64,000 nt of DNA from a virus: IMG/VR virus record IMGVR_UViG_3300020045_011333, positions 120,941-184,940 of that record; one strand, written 5' to 3'. A program made the position numbers and the translations under genes. Positions within the stretch are counted from its first letter, which is position 1; each line of letters starts with the position of its first letter. Positions 42,450 to 52,869 of this stretch are shown in pieces. Below the pieces are notes generated by a model, which was not told where the DNA came from, ran no database searches, and saw only the letters and a program-made list of their open reading frames with translations.

Positions 42450-43288
42450 AATGTACCTTCCAATTCCATCTCCGCAATTTCTGTTACCCTACTAATAATT
42501 TTCTTGTAATCACAGGCATACCATCCAGCGCTTGCAAAACTATTAAGTTCAACAATCTTGGGATGACCTTCTGTCATTAGCGCAACATCGCAGACATAAA
42601 CCGTATCAAGTTGCCATGGCAAACGAGCGACGTGTCTTGCCATGTCGTAGCACTCCGATGGATAATCGGATCGAACATCCAAGATGTTATCCCAACGGTA
42701 CTCAGAGCCTGCTATGACCTCCCCAGCACCAATAATGAACCTAAATTCACCTTTAATTTTATCGCGTTTGGAACTGGCAACAAGGACTAATTCTTCTTCA
42801 CCTACAGCTTCAATTTGCTTAGATGAATCTATTTCATAAGCATAGTCTAGCCAAGACACGGCTTTTCCTGTAAAACTTTTATCTCCCGACATGGGACGCA
42901 TAAAAATTTCAGTTGTTTGAAACATTTCAAAAAGCTGTTCCTTTTTATAGATTAAATCACCATGAGGGACAATAACGTAATCACTGTTTAAGAACCAGCT
43001 ATTAGGAATTTGAGTCATGTAAACATTGCACATACGATTGGAAGTCATACCATATGGAACAAAACTAGTCTTTTTAGAAACCTTCTTAACATATCCAATA
43101 GTGCCATAAAGAATTACATCATCCCATGGTTGATACGGGCCAATGTCTTGCTCATCAGCAAATGGAACATATTTAGCGAGATAATGATCGATTTTCAGCT
43201 CTTTTAAAACATCAGGAATTTTTTTGTAAAGAGGATTATTATCAAACATATATGTATCAATGAGCCATGATACTTTACTTATTGCCAT
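42446..43288 (-). CDS. ATP-grasp protein (R2K/DUF4343-like)
   Basis: IFMRP.SGDKSFTG, EFRF.I, YVCDVA, IVELNSF..AGWY; start probably MAISKV. Confidence 0.7.
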   Translation of the reverse strand: MAISKVSWLIDTYMFDNNPLYKKIPDVLKELKIDHYLAKYVPFADEQDIGPYQPWDDVILYGTIGYVKKVSKKTSFVPYGMTSNRMCNVYMTQIPNSWFLNSDYVIVPHGDLIYKKEQLFEMFQTTEIFMRPMSGDKSFTGKAVSWLDYAYEIDSSKQIEAVGEEELVLVASSKRDKIKGEFRFIIGAGEVIAGSEYRWDNILDVRSDYPSECYDMARHVARLPWQLDTVYVCDVALMTEGHPKIVELNSFASAGWYACDYKKIISRVTEIAEMELEGTL

Positions 43289-43679
43289 AACAATATTTCC
43301 TCCAAACCAATTTTTCCATTTTAAACGCTTCTTTTTCAATTAACAGATTATAATAATCTTCATCTGTTTCAAAATTATGTCTAAAGTCATTATGATCATA
43401 TAAAATACCCTGAACCAAGTCTTGATGGGCATGAGTTAACTCATGAGCCACAGTTTGAAATAAGTTTTTTCGATCTAAATTATCATACATTTCTGAGTCT
43501 AATGTAATTAAAGGGATATGATCATTAGACGTTCTTTGATAAGTACCAAAGGATTTATCTAACTCATCATTCCATTCATATTCAATTTCAAAATGTTTGT
43601 CAAATCCAATTATGCTCATAGCGGCAGGAATAAATTTATAACTTAATTCATCAATTAAATCTTGCCACTTGTCAACCAC
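43275..43679 (-). CDS. HExxH zinc metallopeptidase-like protein
   Basis: TVAHELTHAHQ, EKEA. Confidence 0.65.
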   Translation of the reverse strand: MVDKWQDLIDELSYKFIPAAMSIIGFDKHFEIEYEWNDELDKSFGTYQRTSNDHIPLITLDSEMYDNLDRKNLFQTVAHELTHAHQDLVQGILYDHNDFRHNFETDEDYYNLLIEKEAFKMEKLVWRKYCYGNK

Positions 43680-44335
43680 TATTCAACTTCCTCATAAATA
43701 ATTCTATAAATTTTGTAATCCTGTTCATGTTCAGGAGACCGACTCTTGACATAATTTAAGAAATATTCGGCGTCAGCCATTGTGCCTTTTTGAATTTGGG
43801 AATGATAAGTATAAATACATTTAGAACCATCATCCCAATGACGAGCCACGACATAGTCAAAAGTTTCTTTGGTCATAACACACCCTTTTTCTTAGCAAAT
43901 TCAATAGTATAACTTGGTTGATCGTACAATTGCATTTCAACCAAAGCAAAAAATTTACCTTTCAACTCAAAAACTTCCTCGCTTTGAGTGCTAAAATCGG
44001 CAATATTAGTACGACTTAGTTTACTTACTTCGCGAATAAGATTTCTGAGTCGATCTACTTCAGCTTCCAATTTAGTAATTGGATCAATAGAATGGAACAT
44101 ATCTAAGTAATTATTGGCATCATCCAATGCTTTAGCTAACTCTTCTGGATCACAATCGGGATTGTAACTTACGTGCACCCTATCAGCACCAATTTTAATC
44201 CTATGTGCTTCTACTACTTCATCATGTGTTCTACTCATTTTATAATCTTTCTCATAATAAGGCTCAATACTTAGACTATGTGGTCCCATAATCATTCTAT
44301 CCACGCCACGAATATCAGGGCGAATAGTTTTAAGT

Positions 44336-44707
44336 TTATTTACACGCTTGTTTGACATTCTTTTCCATCCTTTCAAGATAAATATTTATCTTTCGGCGGT
44401 TCCACGTCATGATGACTTGCCAATGACTTCCGGTGGGAAAAGATTTGATCAACTTTTTAAACTGAGAGTCATTCATACTTCCTTTAGCCCTATTGCAAGG
44501 CTCACAACTGCCAGCAATATTTTCTTTAGTATTTAAGCCATTCTTACTCTTAGGTTTAATATGTTCGGCTGTGGTGTTTCTATAACTTAGCCTATCGCGA
44601 CAATAAAAACACTTATGGTATTGTGTTACCAATGCTTCTTCGCGATAAACTCGAATAAATGCTTTATCTAATTTAGATTGCTTCCTTAAATTCTTTGAAT
44701 GACTCAC
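44336..44707 (-). CDS. HNH endonuclease
   Basis: CFYC, TAEHIKP, NIAGSCEPCNRAKG. Confidence 0.85.
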   Translation of the reverse strand: MSHSKNLRKQSKLDKAFIRVYREEALVTQYHKCFYCRDRLSYRNTTAEHIKPKSKNGLNTKENIAGSCEPCNRAKGSMNDSQFKKLIKSFPTGSHWQVIMTWNRRKINIYLERMEKNVKQACK

Positions 44708-45530
44708 TTAAACCCTCATCAATGTTTTTATATGGATCAATAAATCCGTGATCCCAATAATGTTCCGCTTCTGGCTCATCCCATGGAGGACAACTTACAA
44801 AGGGATAATAGCAAATAAAGGGTACGTCAACCCCTTTAGACTTAGCTAATTTAATTTCTCCGCAGGTATAATTTAACCAATCTTTTTTATTTGAAATATT
44901 TTCTTCGAAGTGAAACCCATTGTGCCAACTTGTTTCAGAAATGGCTATAGGTTTTTTAAATTGGTTGTGAGCCTCAATCAAATACTCGTGGATAGGACGA
45001 TCAACGGTGTGAGGATAGGTATTAATACCCACAATATTTGCAATATCTACAAATGCATCTGATCCGGGGACATCAACTGAAAGAACCTTAACATTCAGAT
45101 ATCGCTTAAGTTCCTTTGTCATGGCGTAACCAATGTCAATAGACTCTTGCCGAGTCATATCAGGCCTCATCATTGGTACAATACTTGGCTCATTTGCTGG
45201 ACAAACCCACAAAGTCTTACTACGATCACCATTATTAATCTTCAAATAAGTCTGAGCAATGTTATAGGCATGTCTAACTGGATCATCATAACGATGATAA
45301 TGAGATAGATCCCAAATAACTGACATACCTGAATGTTTAGCAGTTAATAGCCTCTCTAGAATGTCATGATCGCCTACTAGCCCATCGCGGCACCAATTAA
45401 TGCCATGATCCAAACAAGTCTGATAATGCAACGGCATGTCCCCGTCAGGGGTATGACGAGTTGTATGTAACAAATCATGACCGTTCCACGGCAATGTACC
45501 GCACTCAAATCCAGCTATAATTTTAGTCAA
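44673..45530 (-). CDS. TIM-barrel glycoside hydrolase (beta-glucosidase-like, clan GH-A)
   Basis: AGFECG, WDLSHY, NEPS acid/base, GINTYPH, ISETS nucleophile. Confidence 0.68.
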   Translation of the reverse strand: MTKIIAGFECGTLPWNGHDLLHTTRHTPDGDMPLHYQTCLDHGINWCRDGLVGDHDILERLLTAKHSGMSVIWDLSHYHRYDDPVRHAYNIAQTYLKINNGDRSKTLWVCPANEPSIVPMMRPDMTRQESIDIGYAMTKELKRYLNVKVLSVDVPGSDAFVDIANIVGINTYPHTVDRPIHEYLIEAHNQFKKPIAISETSWHNGFHFEENISNKKDWLNYTCGEIKLAKSKGVDVPFICYYPFVSCPPWDEPEAEHYWDHGFIDPYKNIDEGLSESFKEFKEAI

Positions 45531-45774
45531 AATTATTTTACCTCAAAACCATATCCTAAAATATCACTAATGTTTTCTTCATTTAAAACTTTTTGATCCA
45601 CCAAAACTTGGCAAAGCTTACCAATAATGTTACCAAGCTCTTCTACTTCTCTCGCACTATTTTCCAACTTACCGCCGTAATAATCACGACAATCACTGAG
45701 ACGCATATCTATAGCTTCTCTCATGGTTAATTCTTTACGACCAGTAGTGAAGATACTGCATTGCCTAGTGATTT

Positions 45775-46665
45775 TCATAATTTCTTTTCTTTCATACATC
45801 CAGCCGCAGCAGCATGCCCACCACCTCCGAGTGAAGCAGCAATTAGTGAAACATCGGCACGTCCAGCTTCGGAGCGCAAGCTGTAACGAATCTTGCCGTC
45901 CTTAGTTTCATTCCAAACCGCAACAAATGGTGTATCAGGATAAAGATTAATTAAATAATTACCTACTTCAGATTGAAGTACAGAAGTGTTTACGTGCCAC
46001 ACCGCATGACCCGCGTTATAACCATCAACAAAAATGTCGATATAAGCATTCTTCGCAATCTGCTTAATCAATGATTCTTGATAAGATAAAATAGCTTCAC
46101 CTTCTCTGACAAGATTATATGTATCATTATTACTGATGATATTATCTCGCCAATATTCAAAATCTTTAGGCTTAGAAGCAGTAGCTAGATCAAACGCCTT
46201 AGATTCATCATATTCCCATTTCCATAGATCGCGGTCCTCAATATATCTAATGGCCCAAGGCATAAATGTTCCCGGATTAGCAAAATTCCAAGCCAATGCA
46301 GCCCCGCTACGATTCATATTAAAATGGACATAAACATCATCATAAAATTCTTCCATGGCTGCTTCTAAATCTTTTAAGTGGCCATCAAATTTAGTAAAAT
46401 AACTTAAAGCTTTTTCAGCACTGGCATGGTGATCCAGAACAACAATACTTTTTGCTGAAGCATTCATATCCTTCATTGCATTTTCTTTAACAGAAAAATC
46501 TACAAAAAGAACATGTTTATCTTTATATTGCGAAACAGAGATAGGATCACCATGATTAATAGGAATAAATTCCGTGTCGGGCCACCTGTTCCAAATCGCA
46601 TAGGCCGCCCCAAATCCATCGGAGCATGGAAAGTGGTAAAAACAAATATCAGGCTTATATTCCAT
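45775..46665 (-). CDS. DHH/DHHA1 phosphoesterase
   Basis: CSDGFG, FVDFS, LDHH, SGAALAW, EDRDLW, YSLRS, GGGGHAAAAG. Confidence 0.88.
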   Translation of the reverse strand: MEYKPDICFYHFPCSDGFGAAYAIWNRWPDTEFIPINHGDPISVSQYKDKHVLFVDFSVKENAMKDMNASAKSIVVLDHHASAEKALSYFTKFDGHLKDLEAAMEEFYDDVYVHFNMNRSGAALAWNFANPGTFMPWAIRYIEDRDLWKWEYDESKAFDLATASKPKDFEYWRDNIISNNDTYNLVREGEAILSYQESLIKQIAKNAYIDIFVDGYNAGHAVWHVNTSVLQSEVGNYLINLYPDTPFVAVWNETKDGKIRYSLRSEAGRADVSLIAASLGGGGHAAAAGCMKEKKL

Positions 46666-46960
46666 CTTTAATCTTCCTCAATTCTTTTTCATCTAATTTA
46701 AAATTCAACTTTATCCAAGCCATACACTTGTCAATATCTTCGTTGTAATAAACTCTGACGCTGGTATTAACTATGACTTCGTAACTTTCTTTAACTTTGT
46801 TCAGTTTAATCTGCATCGCTTGGCATCATTTTAATCAGTTCTTTCAAGTAATTAATATCATCTATTTCATTGGCTCTTTCTTTCAGCCATTTAATAGATT
46901 CATAAATAGTATCAGGGACGTATCGATCTTCGTAGGCATAAATGGCTTTTTTCTTATGCA

Positions 46961-47311
46961 TTAATTCAGCACCGTCACAATTGTATTGTCAGAAACAATA
47001 AATGTTATACCATTCTTTACGTCTTTAACTCTTTCAGATTCAAAATTCTTATTGTTTTTAACTATGTTCTTTTGTTTGTCTGAGAGGAGGTTCCAAACGT
47101 GCATCACCATTTTCTGCCTGAATTCACCAAACCCTCCAATCGTATCTTCGCACCACCTCAAAAAATGCGCATCTTTGATATAATTAAGAGAGGGTAATCC
47201 TTTTTCAATCATATAATTAATTTTGAGTTCGGTAAAATCGAAACATAGCACTCTTTCGATATATCTGTAAAGGGCGTGTTGACTCGCAATAAGATAATTA
47301 TTCGACATCAT
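46961..47311 (-). CDS. Hypothetical protein, first gene of the leftward array
   Basis: AGGAG RBS; HALYRYIERV...NTIVTV. Confidence 0.55.
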   Translation of the reverse strand: MMSNNYLIASQHALYRYIERVLCFDFTELKINYMIEKGLPSLNYIKDAHFLRWCEDTIGGFGEFRQKMVMHVWNLLSDKQKNIVKNNKNFESERVKDVKNGITFIVSDNTIVTVLN

Positions 47312-47339
47312 TTCTCCTACATTTTATTTTTTGGTGTGC

Positions 47340-47389
47340 TTGACAAAATGATAATTCCCTTGTATCCCACACTTTATCAAATTAGTCAA
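47340..47389. promoter_or_regulatory. Divergent promoter region at the strand switch
   Basis: TTGACA at 47340 (plus) and TTGACT at 47389 (minus); -10 boxes weak (TATCCC/GATACA). Confidence 0.45.
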
Positions 47390-47657
47390 GTACCGTTCTT
47401 ACGATTTATTGAAGGAACAGATTAAAGGAAATTATGGCACATTCGATATATAAAGCGGCTTGGGACGGATTTAATGACAGGCTAGACGAAACAAGTTCAA
47501 GGATTGATGAATACGGAGAACAATTCACAGCTAATTATTATGAATCAGGTAGGCATTTAGCAACATGGTTTATGACAGAAAAACTAGATGTTAATTTTGT
47601 AAATCAAGAAAATATTATTTCATTTTTTATCTACATATAGGAAAGATTTATACCAAA

Positions 47658-48326
47658 ATGGCAGGAAGCATCGTAGAACGGGAAATTAGAAACTCAGTAA
47701 TTGATAAAATTAGGCAGCTTCGCCCTGATTCACGGATAATTCATGAACTTAATACCAACGGCACAGGCTCTTGTCGAGCCGATATTGCCGCAATTGGTAT
47801 AGAAGAAATTTTAATGTTCGAAATCAAAAGCGAACGAGACAAGCTCGCAAGATTGACTAAACAACAAGAAGCTTTTAAAAATTGTAGCCATAAGTTCTTT
47901 ATAGTTTTAGATAAAAAATTTTTTAAGGAAAAAGTCTATTCTGATGATAGAAAGAATTGCCTTGAACCTAATCTAGAATTAGAAACTATTTTAGGTTCCC
48001 GTCTTGTAAAAGATCATATCTGGCACTATCCAGAGCCTTTGACGGATCAATTTCTTTTTGATCATAGTTGGAAAATAGAGCCTCGTCGTTACGGTCAAAA
48101 CTTCTTCCCTACACCAAATACTCGTGCCATGCTTAATCTATTGTGGGCCGAAGAATTAAGAGAAGTTTGTAGAAATTTGGTCTTGCCTTATTTATCTAAA
48201 GATAATATGATGAAACTCATTGAAAGAATCATTTTAGGAGCAACAGGTAGACATATTGTTCAACAAGTTTGCCTAATGTTAAGGAAACGGCGTTTTGCGG
48301 AGGCTGATGATGGAATTGAAGTTTGA
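47658..48326 (+). CDS. PD-(D/E)XK nuclease-like protein (sce7726-like)
   Basis: HEL...RADIAA...FEIKSERDKLARL..Q. Confidence 0.65.
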   Translation: MAGSIVEREIRNSVIDKIRQLRPDSRIIHELNTNGTGSCRADIAAIGIEEILMFEIKSERDKLARLTKQQEAFKNCSHKFFIVLDKKFFKEKVYSDDRKNCLEPNLELETILGSRLVKDHIWHYPEPLTDQFLFDHSWKIEPRRYGQNFFPTPNTRAMLNLLWAEELREVCRNLVLPYLSKDNMMKLIERIILGATGRHIVQQVCLMLRKRRFAEADDGIEV

Positions 48327-48891
48327 TAAGGTTTTTAAAGATAGAGATATCTCCGTCGAAGAATATTCTAAACTCTATAGAGAAGAAAACTATTATGATT
48401 ATCGAAATGATTTTATCAAATCAGATCGAAAGATTAATGATTTCTATTTCATTCCTAAATTTAACGATTTTCCTATCATTGATTATGATAGTGTCATTAA
48501 AGACGTTAGAGATATTGTTAATCGAACCATAAATAGCTTACGTGTCACCTTCTTTGAAGCTAGAGGTATCAAAGGAGAATACAGGCCTGATGCTAAAGAA
48601 GTCGCTATTAATAAAAGTATGATTAAAAATGCAACAGAACTGAAAACTGTTTTGCTCCATGAATTTAGGCATGCCGAACAATGTTATAACAAGATTTTAG
48701 AGATAGAACATAAACATATTTATTGGTACGGAAACCGTTTTGATGTTAATCATGTCAGAGCTTCACATTACAACTATACCCTTTACAATGAACTTCCTTG
48801 GGAAATTGATGCAAATGCTTACGCCTATGAATTTACGGGATATTATCCTGAAGGTATGGATCATTTAAAAACTAAAGGAAGGGCTTTCTAA
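48307..48891 (+). CDS. HExxH zinc metallopeptidase-like protein
   Basis: LLHEFRHAEQ, LPWEIDANAYA. Confidence 0.65.
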   Translation: MMELKFDKVFKDRDISVEEYSKLYREENYYDYRNDFIKSDRKINDFYFIPKFNDFPIIDYDSVIKDVRDIVNRTINSLRVTFFEARGIKGEYRPDAKEVAINKSMIKNATELKTVLLHEFRHAEQCYNKILEIEHKHIYWYGNRFDVNHVRASHYNYTLYNELPWEIDANAYAYEFTGYYPEGMDHLKTKGRAF

Positions 48892-48894
48892 CGC

Positions 48895-48922
48895 TTGACT
48901 CAAACTCATTTTATGTTACCTT
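48895..48922 (+). promoter_or_regulatory. sigma70-type promoter candidate
   Basis: TTGACT-16-TACCTT with TGn extension. Confidence 0.45.
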
Positions 48923-48955
48923 ACATCTATAAAATAATTAATTTAGGAGATTCAT

Positions 48956-49489
48956 GTGACGCCGGAACAAGAAAACCAAATTAAAATTTATGAAGAGTTA
49001 ATTCCTACTTTAGATGCAAAATACATAAAGCGACATAAAAAGAAACTCTCTTTGTTCAAGGAACAAAACGGGGAGTGTTGTATATGTGACAGGCCTATGA
49101 TTCTTCGTTACGGAGGAACAAAAGGCCAATACGCAACTTTTGAGCATGTCGAAACTCGTAGTTCTGGTGGTACAATGGTTAAAACTAATGTTCCGCTCAG
49201 TCATGGAACTTGTAATAGCCGTCGAGGAACAGAAGATTTCCAAACATTCAAGTGTTTGGTAACGGAAAATAATGGTGCCTTGCCTCCTAAACCTAAAAGT
49301 AAAAAAACTTTGTTGCATGAAGCGGCTAGAAAGGGTGATGAAAATGCCCTTGAATATCAACTGGCTCGCAAATTGAACCTTGAATTCCATATCATGGCAC
49401 TTGAACTTGGTTATAGAACTGATGCACTAGATAAAATTGATTATTTGAGAGAAGCATTAGCGAAGCCTATAAATTTTGGAGTTAATTAA
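48956..49489 (+). CDS. HNH endonuclease
   Basis: CCICD, ATFEHV..RSSGG...N..LSHGTCNSRRG. Confidence 0.8.
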   Translation: MTPEQENQIKIYEELIPTLDAKYIKRHKKKLSLFKEQNGECCICDRPMILRYGGTKGQYATFEHVETRSSGGTMVKTNVPLSHGTCNSRRGTEDFQTFKCLVTENNGALPPKPKSKKTLLHEAARKGDENALEYQLARKLNLEFHIMALELGYRTDALDKIDYLREALAKPINFGVN

Positions 49490-49854
49490 GGGTAAATTTT
49501 ACATTTACAGAATCTGATCCTGAAGATTATGAATGCCCCAATCCTTCAGAGCGCTCAACCATTTTATTCCAAGTTGAATATGTTGATGGAAAAGATTGGG
49601 ACATACTTGAAATTCAATATGAAGGTGGTGCAGCGGCTTATGAACTTGAATTTGGCTGCGGTTTAGAATATATCATGAAAGAAATGTTTGATGTTGAACA
49701 AAATAAACTAATTGAAGGCAATTGGTATGTCGTAGAAGGTTTCACATCTTATTACACTACGGATTACTACGGAGAAGTTGACTGCTCACATTATATTGAT
49801 AATTTTCGTATCGCTACAATTTATGACATGATGTATTTTGGGGAGAAGTTTTAA
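49476..49854 (+). pseudogene. Acidic hypothetical protein lacking an in-frame start; restored by +1 shift at TTTT 49497-49500
   Basis: Open frame 49486-49854 has no ATG/GTG/TTG for ~60 codons; TTG 49476 gives MELIKGKF, which joins TFTESD.. after skipping one T. Confidence 0.45.
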
Positions 49855-50108
49855 TGAAAAAATTTATTCTTTTTTCGGGGTCAAGTTACTACGCCGATGG
49901 TGGCGCTTTTGATATTATTTCTGATTTTGATACTATGGAAGAATGTCAAGTAGTTTGGAGTTATATTACTGATGCAATAACTAATGCATTCGAGGACTAT
50001 TCTTGGGCGCACCTTTTAAATACAGAAACAAAAGAAATTATCATACTTGAAATGGGTGGTTATTGCGGACGGCCTAAAGATTGGTATAATTATGAGATGA
50101 ATGACTAA
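49854..50108 (+). CDS. Small phage protein (paralogue of 58614-58817)
   Basis: KFILFSGSSYYADGG..D. Confidence 0.6.
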   Translation: MKKFILFSGSSYYADGGAFDIISDFDTMEECQVVWSYITDAITNAFEDYSWAHLLNTETKEIIILEMGGYCGRPKDWYNYEMND

Positions 50109-50498
50109 ATGAGAATTGTCACAGAACCTGAATTCAGAACACGCCTAATTGACGTACTCAAGGCCATAGACACTGATGGTTCAATCGGCAGTGTCACAGG
50201 GCCGGGACGATCAGGGGCCATTGCTGCGGTCTATGTAAGTCATTTATTAGGTATTCCATTTATCCCTTTTGGTACTTATAAAGTTCCTATTCATTTAGGC
50301 AAAATTCTAATCATTGACACGGCTCGTGAAAGTGGTAAAACACTTCGTCAAGCGGTACGCCGTTATGAAAAAATAGAAGGCGTTAAAGTTATAGAGGCGG
50401 TGTGTTTTGAAGAGCCTCCTAGAGTGGCGTTTTGGTATGAAGCTGAGAAACCACAATTTTACCGTCATGAAATTAAAAGGAAAAGAAGTGACGCATAA
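50109..50498 (+). CDS. Phosphoribosyltransferase-fold protein
   Basis: VTGPGRSGAIAA..VSHLLGIP, KILIIDTARESGKTL (variant PRPP loop). Confidence 0.62.
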   Translation: MRIVTEPEFRTRLIDVLKAIDTDGSIGSVTGPGRSGAIAAVYVSHLLGIPFIPFGTYKVPIHLGKILIIDTARESGKTLRQAVRRYEKIEGVKVIEAVCFEEPPRVAFWYEAEKPQFYRHEIKRKRSDA

Positions 50499-51078
50499 AA
50501 TTGAACATGCAGTCTGGAACGGAGAGATAGGTAATTGTATTTCTGTTCCGGGATTCGTTTATCGAATAGGTTACACATCTCATGGAGCCATGATTAAATC
50601 TATAATTTATTTACCTGATGAAAATGTTATTGACACCTATAAAGTTTTCTGGCAAAAGTTAAAAACAGAAATTACAGATCATAGGAGTTGATGCATGATA
50701 ACTAAGTTTATTCTTAAATTGTTTATACCTACTCGTTGGACTATTATCTCTCAAGGAGATTTACATGGTAAGGAACGTAGTTATTACAGTGGTGAATGGC
50801 TTAGTCAAAGCGGTCGTCAATATGTACTCCAAAATCAATATGGGGATATAAAGTTTAAAACTATTTGGACCGATGGGAAAGAAGGTGAGCGTTAATGGAA
50901 TTTTATATTTGGTTAGTGATCTACATTGTGGGTTATTGTTTCAGTTTTGGCGCAATGACCGCAATTTTGGGCATCGATGAAAGTGATGTTCCCGTAATAA
51001 TACTATTAATAGCCCTCATGATCATTTGGCCTCTCTGGTGGATCATGTATATTCCTTATCGTTTGGCGAGGTTCTTTT

Positions 51079-51456
51079 TTGTTTAACACACAAGTTAAGA
51101 ACGATTCAATTTTCAAAAAGCTTTTTGAAAGTGCTGAAACTGTAACAGATTGCCCTGAGCATAGGCATGCCGCCGCCATTATCTATAAAAAGAAAGTTTT
51201 GGCTATTGGTAATAATAAATTGAAGACTCATCCAATAATGTTGGATTATCAAACAGATAAAACCAAGATATATCTCCATGCCGAAATAGACGCTATTGTA
51301 AAAACTATCAACGCCCACGGTTCAAATATCTTGAAACGATGTGATTTGTATGTTATGAGGTTGACAGGCGGCGGTAATGTAGGATTAAGCAAGCCGTGTA
51401 AAGGTTGTCAGAAAGCTATCGTAGCTTTTGGTATTAAAAGGGTGTTTTGGACATGA
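51079..51456 (+). CDS. Zinc-dependent cytidine/dCMP deaminase-family protein
   Basis: LHAEIDAI and KPCKGC. Confidence 0.82.
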   Translation: MFNTQVKNDSIFKKLFESAETVTDCPEHRHAAAIIYKKKVLAIGNNKLKTHPIMLDYQTDKTKIYLHAEIDAIVKTINAHGSNILKRCDLYVMRLTGGGNVGLSKPCKGCQKAIVAFGIKRVFWT

Positions 51457-52145
51457 TTAAAATTTACAGTTGGATCGTAGATGAGGCGGATCAAATCCTT
51501 GGCCTAGAACGTTTAGATGGTAGGGATGATAGCATCAGTCTAGCTATAGTTGATTCTAAAGGTAAACTGGACCCACATTTCAGAGATGCACAAGGTTTTT
51601 TGAAAGGAATTGTTAGTGATGCTCACAAAAAGGAGTATAAAAAATATGCCAAAAATTCTTGATCCCGAAAGTGCTGTAGGCTTAGCTTCCCGCTGTTTTG
51701 AAAAATCCAATTATTTGCAGACTTCAAAGAGTAAAGATTCTAGATATTTTGGTAAACGTGGTTCACCATGGCGAATCAGAGTATCCAATCATATTGACCC
51801 ACGTCCTAATACTGACGTTCTTGTAGATATCGTTTTCGATTATGCCACGATTGAGCAAGACGTTGAAGTCAGGGTAGGGAAAGCTATAACTCAATTTGAG
51901 CGAAAAGCCAAAATGCGCTGGCTAGAAACTAAGAGTGTTTAATATGACAATTGTTTTTGGATATTGGCTAATTCCGGCCCTCATTACTATTTTTTCTCTA
52001 AGTATTGCGTATTGGTTTAATTATTCACCTGATAATTATAACCCAATCTCTATTCTTGTGGATGGTGTTCTAAGTCTTATATCATTTGGTCTTGCTGTTA
52101 TTGTTTCGCTTATTTCATGGCTAATTTATTTCGTGGTGTTTTGAT

Positions 52146-52475
52146 ATGACTCAAATTTTTCTGGACGACGAACGTGAGCCTGTGAATTACCTTGACTTCA
52201 TAATTGTTAGAAACTACAGTGAATTTGTGTCAATCGTTTTGAACATAGGTTTTCCAGATGAATTAACTTATGTTACATTCGATCATGATCTTGGTGATGA
52301 TAGTTTAGATGGTTATGAATGCGCTAAATTCCTTGTTTCTCTGGATCAAGATCGCAAGGGAAAACTATTGGGCGATAATTTTAAATTTTATGTTCATAGT
52401 CAAAATCCTGTAGGTGCGATGAATATAAATTCTTACTTGAACAATTATTTGGAATGGAAAAGATCAAATGGTTAA
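52146..52475 (+). CDS. Cyclic-phosphate-processing receiver domain protein
   Basis: IFLDDER, TFDHDLG, GYECAKFL, VHSQNPVG. Confidence 0.78.
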   Translation: MTQIFLDDEREPVNYLDFIIVRNYSEFVSIVLNIGFPDELTYVTFDHDLGDDSLDGYECAKFLVSLDQDRKGKLLGDNFKFYVHSQNPVGAMNINSYLNNYLEWKRSNG

Positions 52476-52869
52476 TATAGAAAATGTACGTAAAGTGATT
52501 AAGAAGATTGCTGATGAAGAGAATTTCTTTAGTATGGAAGCTTGGGGAATTTATAATAATGATATTGAATACCTATCTGGTATTGAATTTTACGATAGAT
52601 TTGGCGCAGCAAAGCCTAGCTGTGAAACCCCGGCTTGTATCGGTGGTTGGGGAGAATTTATTCTTAAGGAAGAAAATAAAATTAAGGATGAATTTATTAG
52701 TTCTAACGATGTAGGTGAATGGTTGGGACTCAATGAAGACGCTTACGATGCACTTTTTTATCCTAAGCATAAAACTTATGTAGAAATTACCCGTCAAGAA
52801 GCTATTGACGTACTGGAAAATTTGATTATAACTGGTACGGTCGATTGGACCGCCAAGGCTGAAAATTAA
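52468..52869 (+). CDS. Phage protein of CxTxxCI.G type (related to 61850-62482)
   Basis: FSMEAW, CETPACIGGW, WLGL...ALF.P. Confidence 0.55.
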   Translation: MVNIENVRKVIKKIADEENFFSMEAWGIYNNDIEYLSGIEFYDRFGAAKPSCETPACIGGWGEFILKEENKIKDEFISSNDVGEWLGLNEDAYDALFYPKHKTYVEITRQEAIDVLENLIITGTVDWTAKAEN

